DNA from: Dicyema japonicum
Taxonomy: Eukaryota; Animalia; Dicyemida
Length of the DNA stretch: 64,000 nt
Direction: 5' to 3'
Assembly (NCBI GenBank): GCA_011109175.1
Contig: RDEW01000018.1
Coordinates: 555,304 to 619,303, forward strand
Numbering within the stretch: the first letter of the stretch is position 1; each line of letters starts with the position of its first letter. The notes under the pieces are model-generated. The model saw only the letters and a list, made by a program, of their open reading frames with translations. It ran no database searches and was not told the origin of the DNA. Position numbers and translations under genes: made by a program. Of this stretch, positions 53,036 through 64,000 are shown one piece after another.

Positions 53036-55585
53036 TTATTTATTTAAGAGATTTTCAATCCTTTCTGTCACCCTCTCTAATAAATTCAAGGCGGGCTTTT
53101 TAGAAACATTCTTTTTTAGTTTTGGTGTTATTTCCTTTTCGTGAATGTCCGTTGTGCTGAATAGTGACTTAAAATTTACCAGCTTTGAGGACGAATAAGG
53201 GAGACTGATGGGGTTAGGTTGCCGACATGCCTTAAACTAGAATACTTAAAAGTAGTCACTCGCTCTCCTTGGGTGTTTTGTCGGCCACAAAAGTCAGATT
53301 TGTGTTCAGTATTGGGGAGGAGAAAGAATTAGACCATCTAGGTTGGCATTTCATACTGAATGACACGTGTCTAAATGATGAAAAGAGTTCAGATTTTGTT
53401 GTTTTCCATTTCTTCCAATTCCCAGTCAAATCATAATCTGAATTTTCTGCCTGCAAGCCTAGAAAAGGGTTTTGTAGTCGTTCTAGCGTTGTCTCTTCGA
53501 AGGGATATGGTTTGATCAGAGGAATTCTTCCAATCTCAACATTCTTCAATAATTCACACAATTACGTGCTGATAGTCCGTCCACTTGGGGTTGTCCGGCA
53601 CAAGTGAACAAATTTGCTTTTTTATTCCTTCAGTCTTAACTTGCTCATATTCCTCCAAATTCTAAAACTGATATAAAATATTACATTCTTAGGTGTGGGG
53701 GGAATAATATTTGTGTTTAGGGAGTCATCTAATATCAGGGGAATATCCCACGTGTATTTTAGCAGTTTGTGTTGCACAGGAATCTACCATATATAGTGAG
53801 CAAACCTTCAAATCGAGATATGGTATCATTTTAATCATACCAACTTTGGGGGTAAGGTTAAGTTCCTTTGATATTGGTGGTTTCTGTCAATTACAAAATA
53901 AATAACCATTTCTATAATCTCTGAGTAAAACACGGGAAATTTTGGGGGGAAAATATAATTTGGAGTAACTGCGAAACTTTCAGCCAAATTATCAAAGATA
54001 GTCGAGGGTACATTTCCGCCAACAATGTTAGCCGCCTTCTCCAATTCTACCCCATTTTTGACCATCTTCCTCAATATTAGTAACTTCCTCAGAATAGCCT
54101 CCGCCCTGTTTCTTTCTATCACTCTTCTAGCTGCTTGCACGAATCTGTATCGTTGTTGGAATCTCAAACTCCAGCAGTCATTTAAAATCTCATCAAAAAT
54201 GGGTTCCTTGTGACGAACATTGACTGGACGGATAACCTTGTCCATTAATACGCTTGTTTTTTTGCGAGTAGATAATTCTCCAATATTTTCCCTTAAACGA
54301 TAATTTTTCTAAAATAAGTCACAATAAGGCCTTAAACTCTAGCACATTAATTTCCTGTTTGTGACAAAACTCCTTCCATTTTGATTGCGTCAAGTACTTG
54401 TTGCCGATTTTAATCATCCATTTTAAGCGACTATTCTTTTCCAGTTCTTCGTGTTGTCGAAGGAGTTTTAGAAAAGCCATCTTTTTTGACGACTCCTCTA
54501 AATTTTATGTTACCATTCACCTGCTTTAGTATTGCCACTACTGCTTATTTTCTCATAAATCAGTTTGGCTGTGAGTTGGGGGTTGCAGGTGAGCTTAAGT
54601 TTTTTTTGTATTTCATTTATTTTCATCTTCTTTCTACTCTTGACCATTATTATTTGATTTACCAGTTTGGAATTGTAAACACTACTAAATTGTTTGCAAA
54701 AAAAGTGCTTTTTCTCGTCCACCTGTTCACAGACATCACAAACGTCACTCAATATTGAATTCATAATACCCGACTGAGTTCACAGGGTTTCCCATAAATG
54801 TGCACATCATCGTTGAGTTCTTTTCATATTGGGGCAATTCTAGAGAAAGTTTAGCAACTGCAGTTGTCAGGTCACGTGGAGAAAAACGAATTGAAAAAGT
54901 GATAGTTTCATTTGCCTTAATGGTCCCTAAAATGTTGATTACCAAGAAAACCAAATGATGGTGAAAAACTGAATGCTGGATGAAGTTCTACAGCGTTAAT
55001 TTCAAACTGCAAATCCAAGGGAGTCGGGTTCCTCAATGGAATGACCTTTTCCGTGCTGGAATATTACCCTCTCATAACCTTGAACCAATTTGAGTTTTGG
55101 GGAATGTCCTGATGCCACGAAATGACTCAAATTTGACAGTGGGATGGCAGTGGATAGGGATTATAATGTTTTCGTCCTTTACATAACACCAAAAGGGGAC
55201 CTCACAGAATATACGGATTGCGTCATAGTGGTACTTCCACTCTTTCGGGTGGAAATGTACACTGATTGTGAGGACCGACCCAGGTATTATTTTTTTCTGT
55301 TTATATACGACAAACTACATTTTTATTGTATTCAATAGAGAATTCAGCAGTCAGTGGTTCCAGCACGTGGTAAACTTGGGTGGTTGATGAAATGTTTATA
55401 ATTTTAACTTTCTTTAAAATTCTCTGATTAACGGCAAATTCATTAATATCCAATATTTGGGGGGTTGCTTTCAAAATACGATTCCCGCCGACAGCAGAAT
55501 AAATTTCTATAATAATGTCAAACTAACGTGTTTCTAGTAAATGGTGGGGGACGTTGGTTATTATGTTCTGTGTTTTAACGTCCAT
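53036..55585 (-). CDS. CFAP221: Cilia- and flagella-associated protein 221 (PCDP1), many tiny introns
   Basis: VPHHLLET|.IYSAVGGNRILKATP..KIIPGSVLTISVHFHPKEWKYHYDAIRIFCE|DENIIIPIHCHP..GTIKANE..RFVQAARRVI matches the CFAP221 N-terminus as recalled; 21-nt intron at 55507-55527. Confidence 0.88.
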
Positions 55586-55699
55586 TGTTACTAGGATATA
55601 TTTATTTTTTAATTTATTGACAATTATAAAAAATTAACATTAAATTACATAATTAATGATTGAACTTGAAGGAAGTCCAATTAAATATTTAGTAAGTAT

Positions 55700-56017
55700 T
55701 AGCCGCGTGTGGTGCTTCGTGGCTAATCGGTTGAAGTTTCTGTTTTGTTCGTCTGTTCCTCCTCTCTCTTCCTATTAGAGTGGGGTCATGTGATCCACCT
55801 GTCTAGGTGGCGCCCAGTGCCAGGCCGGCACGAAAAAGGATCATTTGCTCTCCCCACTCCACTGGAGGAGTTTCCACAAGTGCAACTATGGACGTCATTT
55901 ACCCTTTATGCTGATTCCGGATGGACTCTGTTTATGTAGAAGTGGAAACTGGATACACTTAATTAGTTGTTTACTTTAACTTCTTTCTCGGTGTATCCGG
56001 GGTTAATAAATAAATAA
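55700..56017 (+). mobile_element. Pseudoknot-SINE, full length
   Basis: Fold at 55782-55842; 3' hairpin; (taaa)n tail. Confidence 0.9.
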
Positions 56018-56049
56018 CTTGAAGGAAGTGGCGTCAAGTGGGAACTCCT

Positions 56050-57555
56050 GATGGTTTTTTTTAACCAGAAAACCACAGTCATAACCAAAAAAATTCAGGT
56101 GATCCCGGCCTCTCAATAATCTTCGCATCTTTTCTCGGTGCTCCGACTGCGTTCCTGCGCATTTCCGATGTGGACGGGGTCCGCATACTCGAGTCCTTCG
56201 CAGGGGCACTGTTCCAGTCTCCTCTATCATATTTTCAAGGTTTCTGGGCAGTATTTCCGCACGGGAAGATAGTAGGTTTGCTGCCTTCACTTGAATGTTG
56301 CGGATCTTGTCCAAATTCGTTGCAGAAAGATTAGATCCCCAGATATTACATGCGTATCCTATTGTAGACTCTGTGAACTCGTTGTATATGACATCCAGTC
56401 CACTCAGATATTTTGTCTCATAGGTTTTTCAAGGACGCCTTCAGGAAGTTGATTTTCCTCGTACAAGTCAATAACATATTTTCGATGTTTTGTAAAGGTT
56501 AAGAAGGTTTCAAAGGTAACTCCCAGGATTTTCTGGAATTTGTATTGCGGGATATTTTTCCCATCCAGTGTGACGTCAATTGATACTTTCCCTAGTCTTC
56601 TGTTTGTCGTGAATAGGGTCAACACTGACTTCTTCGGGCTAGCAGTCAATTAATTTTCCCAAAGCCATAAACTTAGTTTATTCAGATTGTCCTCTTCTCG
56701 TTGCTTCGATAATACTCACATCCCTCGAAGCAATGACTATATCATCCGCATACGTTAATAATATGTCACCGTCAGGATTATATCTGGCGTCACCAGAGAT
56801 GGTAAACCACATTAAGCACGTTAGCACATTCAACTATATATTACTGTCCTACATGGATGATATAGTTGTTGCATTAAGGGATTTGATTATTATCGACCCC
56901 AAGATTACAGGAAAGTCTGAATAATCTGAGTTTGTGGCTTTATGGAATTCAATTGAGAGCTAGTCCAGAGGAGTCAGTTTTGACCTTTTTCACGTCAAAC
57001 AGAAGACTGGAGAAATTTTTAATTGACGTCAAGTAAGAAGGGAAAACTATCCCGCAAAACAAAACCCAGAAGATCCTCTGAGTTACCTTCGAAATCTGAA
57101 CCTTTCCAACCCATGTTGAAAGGTATTAACGGATTGTATGAGGAAGATTAACTTCATGAAAATTTTTCTGGGAAATCTAAGAGACTACAAAGGCCTAAAT
57201 GAATTATATACCCTCTACAAGCAGCACGTGGAATCTACAATTAGTTATTCATGTGATGCTTGGGGGACAAACCTTGTCGTGACGAACCTGATCAAGATCC
57301 ATAACATTCAGTCAAGGGTGGCGAAAGTACTAAAGAAGTCTTCCTACGGGGAAATTCTGCCCAGAAACTTTGAGAATGTGGTTAATTCAACTGGGGCAAT
57401 TTTTTGGCGGAAGATTTGTGTGCGTGAACCCCACCCTTATCGAAAATGTGCCGGAACACAGTTTAAACACCAAGAAAAAATGTGAAGACTGCTGAGGGAG
57501 GTCGGGATCATCTAAATTTTTTCATTCTGGTTATGAAAGTGGTTTTCTGGTTTTA
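56050..57555. mobile_element. Two LINE 3' fragments head-to-head (- 56050-56770; + 56830-57555)
   Basis: Both begin just before Y(A/M)DD and end with RP(H/Y)RKCAGTQ..H.EKM plus hairpin. Confidence 0.85.
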
Positions 57556-57599
57556 TAAATTTAGTTGAATAACCCACCAGCAATGAGAATGATTGACTG

Positions 57600-57885
57600 A
57601 ATCATGTGGCAACCTGATTGAATATTTCTCTTCCTTCCTGTGGCATCATTGGATCCATTTACTAGGAGACGCCCAATGCCTGGCCGGCATTCAAAGGATT
57701 CATTTATTCATTCCACCAGGAGATAATTTCGCTCCCAGGCGACGAGTTCTGGAATTGACCTAAGCTCCCCAGACAACGCTTTCTGGATCATGTACTTGGG
57801 TAAGGGTCTGTTGGAATGCGTCAGGATCAAGGAATTATTTAGTTTGGTTTTACCCTTGGTCTTTGGAATAATTTAATTTATTCAA
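57600..57885 (+). mobile_element. Pseudoknot-SINE (subfamily 2) with 3' hairpin
   Basis: GGCATC..GGATCC..GACGCC..GGATTC; tail ggatcaagg/ccttggtct. Confidence 0.75.
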
Positions 57886-58049
57886 AAAACCGACCTTCTT
57901 GGATGAACGAAACTAAGAAAGTGACAGATCTATTTATGTTACCGGTATTTGCTGCGTCCTACTTAGTAGCCGCTTGTCTCCTACAACTAGGTGAGGCCAG
58001 AGTAACTTAACTAACTTAAAAAAGGATAGTACGTAGTCTCGACACGTTT

Positions 58050-60590
58050 CAGAGAGGCTTCAAACTGGCACAGTGTTCCATCCCTGCGCACGCAAAAGCT
58101 CGATAAGACAGAGAACTACAAAATCATGATGTAATGGTCACTCTGCACCGTTAAAACAAATTAGGGTTATCAGGGTATTAATTTATACGCTTTTATCCAA
58201 GTTGTCAGCAAATGAACTAAAGTGCATCCAGTCAGCAAATTTGTAGTTACAATGTCACGAACTCTATCCCAACAAAAGTGTCTTCTTGATCTTCAACAGT
58301 ATATAAGTGTGGTCACTTCACATGTCGTAAACCAAGTAATGAATGGAAAGGAAAATAGAGTGTAATATCCAATAAGGTTGGTAGGACGTCCTTGTGTTTT
58401 TGATGAATCAGTAATGACCGTCAGTATACCCGTCTGTGACATCAGTAATTTTCGCTTGTGTTTGAGGGTAAACTTGATAGTCATGAGGAGTTTTTTGCAT
58501 TCTAGTCCCTTTTGTCCAAATCAGATACGACAGATAAATATTTCTTTGTGCATAAATCGAATGAGAGCGCATAGAATTTCACAATGTACATTTTCCCTTT
58601 TGTGGTTTCATTTAATAGCCCAATAATGATGTGATCCACCTGTCCTAGAGACCCCCAGTGTCTGGCGAGTATCCAAAAAAATCTATCTCTTCCCTACTCG
58701 TTCCCACAATGGCGGATATGGATATTTGTGGTGCTTGGGAAGGATGAGTCTTAACCTGACCATAGGACGTGGTGCTTGGGAAAAACAAGTCTTAACACCA
58801 TGGGAAGTGGCATCACTAAGTTAGCTGAAGACTCTCTTTCTTTTTAACTTAGTGGAGGTAATGAATATTTATTTATTTACATAACTATTTAGGTTCCCCT
58901 TATCGCTCTTGCGTTCTGTGTCCATCGAAGGACCCCACTGCTTTCTGGAACTTTCTCCGCTTTTGTCTACATGGAAAGTAATGGAGAACGGATGTCTAAG
59001 GAAGGTTTTCAGAACCATTCGGATAAGCATAGTAGATAGCTCTTGACAGAACTGGAAGAATCCATTCACTCCTTCGCATCGACGACTTTGAAATGACAGT
59101 TTCAAGAATATGATCTGTTCGAATTCGTAAAAGACGTAGTTTTCTCATGTAAGGATCTGATTTTGTCCATCAACGAAGAGAATGCACACCTCCATGAAGC
59201 ACAGGCATGTTCTATATAAGGTACAATGGTTTGCCGGTATAATTTACGTAAGCGATCTTCCACTAGGTACGGGCTCTTCGGGGCGTTAACTATTTATTTA
59301 GAACCCCGGAATCACCGTGAAAGAAAGACAGAAAAAACGTCAAACATTAGGTGATCAACTACGCCATCCAACGTCTGTGGTTTTCCATTGTTCCCACTAC
59401 CGTACGAAAGAGCCTTCTCTCATTCCTGGAGAGATCCGATTGGGGAGGGGAACTTTTTAATCAATCGGTTTTCTTTTTCCTTGGAGATGAACAAGCGAAT
59501 CGGTTTCCATCTTCCTCACAGACGCGGAAGAATCCGCGACTACGGGTTGTAGCTTCCGCTAGTAGGGGAGTGAATAATGATCCATTATGAGGACCAACAT
59601 ACGAATGACGTTGAATATTATATAAGAATTTTTATTTTTAATCATTCATTTTTTAAAACCCCAAGACCACCAAGAAAGAAAGAATTAACTTGCTAAATTA
59701 AGTAATCCCAGCCCAACATCTTTCGAATTCACTTCGAATGCTCCGCCAGTGAACCAACAGCGTTTCTGAAGTTTCTTCTTTTATTTCTGCAGAGGAATTC
59801 TATCGGAGTGCACTTTTTTAATGCCGATCTGAATTCTTCCGCATGAACCACCCTCTCTCTGAATGGGTTTCCTAGCTCATTGCACATACGTAGGAAGCCC
59901 AAGCCATTTCTCACCGTCGCCTTGTCTGAAAGCAGACTGAGGACGGATGTGGAGTCTGATTATATATGCCTCATGATCTTCCGTCTGAGAGAGTTTATAC
60001 GCTCCACCCTCGTAAAAGGAATGGCTAATCTCTAGGAAGAACAGGCATATTCAATCGTCGGCGCAATAACTTGGAGATATACCTTGCTGATCCAAGCAGT
60101 AGGATGGAAGGGGCTCTTCTTTACGATGGCTTTTAGACGTTCCATTTTCGAAGACCCTTGGTTAACACCTCCTCCGTGTGACTGGCAAACGTCATCAGAG
60201 AGTCGAAAGTTACTCCAAGGATCTTCTGGATTTGTGTATAAAAGATGGGAATGTTTCCGAGGAATATCTCAAGTCTATTTTTAAATCTTCTGTTTGTAGT
60301 AAATATGGTAACTGAGACTTGGATGCAGACACAAACAGCAAATTCATGGATAGCCAGTCACACACCTGGTTGAGGTGTGACTGAACCACCGTCACAGCCC
60401 TGGAGGGAGATTTGTCCCTTGCAGCGATAATCAGGTCGTCCGCATAAAATAAAAACATGGTGTCCTGATCATTGATAGTAGGTAAATCGTGTAGAAATAA
60501 GTTTAATAAGAGAGGAGTCAAAGGGGAGCCTTGTGGGACCATATTAAAGAGTAGTCTTGATTTTGAAGTAATTTTTCCAATCCGGACTTC
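58050..60590. mobile_element. Cluster of LINE remnants on - (endonuclease 58050-58600; thumb 58860-59270; tail 59300-59360; RT to tail 59645-60590) and a decayed pseudoknot-SINE on + (58626-58860)
   Basis: PYIEHACASW; VPQGSPLTPLLLNLFLHDLP..FYADD; hairpin tails. Confidence 0.75.
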
Positions 60591-60703
60591 AAAATTTAAT
60601 TATTTAATCATATATTTTGAAAAATAGTAACGGAATAATAAAATTATATTAAATTATAAATATTAATTTGAAATTTAACATAATTGACAATAGTTGAGCG
60701 CTA

Positions 60704-63452
<2,749 letters not shown>

Positions 63453-64000
63453 TTTTGTAATTACAAATGGGTTTTTTATTATTAATTACTAAAACCATAT
63501 GTTTGGAATTGCTATTTATATGGTGGTTCACATGCCTGAGAGTGAATTTCTCTAAATGTTTGTATGGGGATGCTGAACCAGATGTGTAGTTCGCTCACTG
63601 CCGGCTATTGTTTTCTTTCACGTTATAATGTCTATAGTTTGGTATTTCTGAGTATGACTATTATTAAACGCTTTCTAACTATTGATCCCTACTATGATGG
63701 CAACGCAGATCAATTGGAAGAGCCTCTATGATTCATGCACGTCATCATGGTTTTTGAGAGTAACTAGACGTCCTATTCTCTTAAGAAAAGACAGTGATTT
63801 TTTAGCTTATGTCTCGACAACAATAGCTGATGCATGAGTATTTCGTTTTTATCTCTTTTAGCCCTCTCAGCGTTTTCTCATAGGCTTCCCGACCAACATC
63901 GTAACTTTCTAATCATTAACATTAGAATAAGGTAAATATATTTTTGAATAAAAGAACATTTTAAAACTCGAAATGAGGTCGGATTTTCAGTATTTTATAG

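Overview
AT-rich eukaryotic (animal) nuclear DNA, read with the standard genetic code. Compact host genes with ultra-short GT-AG introns (about 21-29 nt) sit as islands among decayed retroelements. Host genes recognised by hand-splicing: AKAP14, an S28 prolyl-peptidase (PRCP/DPP7), TAF13, RPIA, COX10, PKN kinase, a 5'-less MsrA, arginase, a tandem pair of unknown 4-TM genes, CFAP221, MCM4, and tRNA-Lys(UUU). Tiny introns together with cilia genes and animal-type PKN point to a dicyemid mesozoan (inference). Mobile content: R4/NeSL-like and CRE-like RLE non-LTR elements, APE-type LINEs (I/Jockey-like and RTE), pogo/Tigger DDE remnants, Gypsy/Ginger-like integrase remnants, and two tRNA-derived SINE families. 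Best candidate for something undescribed: a short non-autonomous retroelement family (about 9 copies). It has no tRNA head, carries a covarying pseudoknot with HDV-ribozyme topology but a non-canonical core, and ends in a covarying 3' hairpin shared with the LINEs. Single-base deletions in short homopolymers in several host genes look like assembly errors. Most element boundaries are approximate (read by eye).
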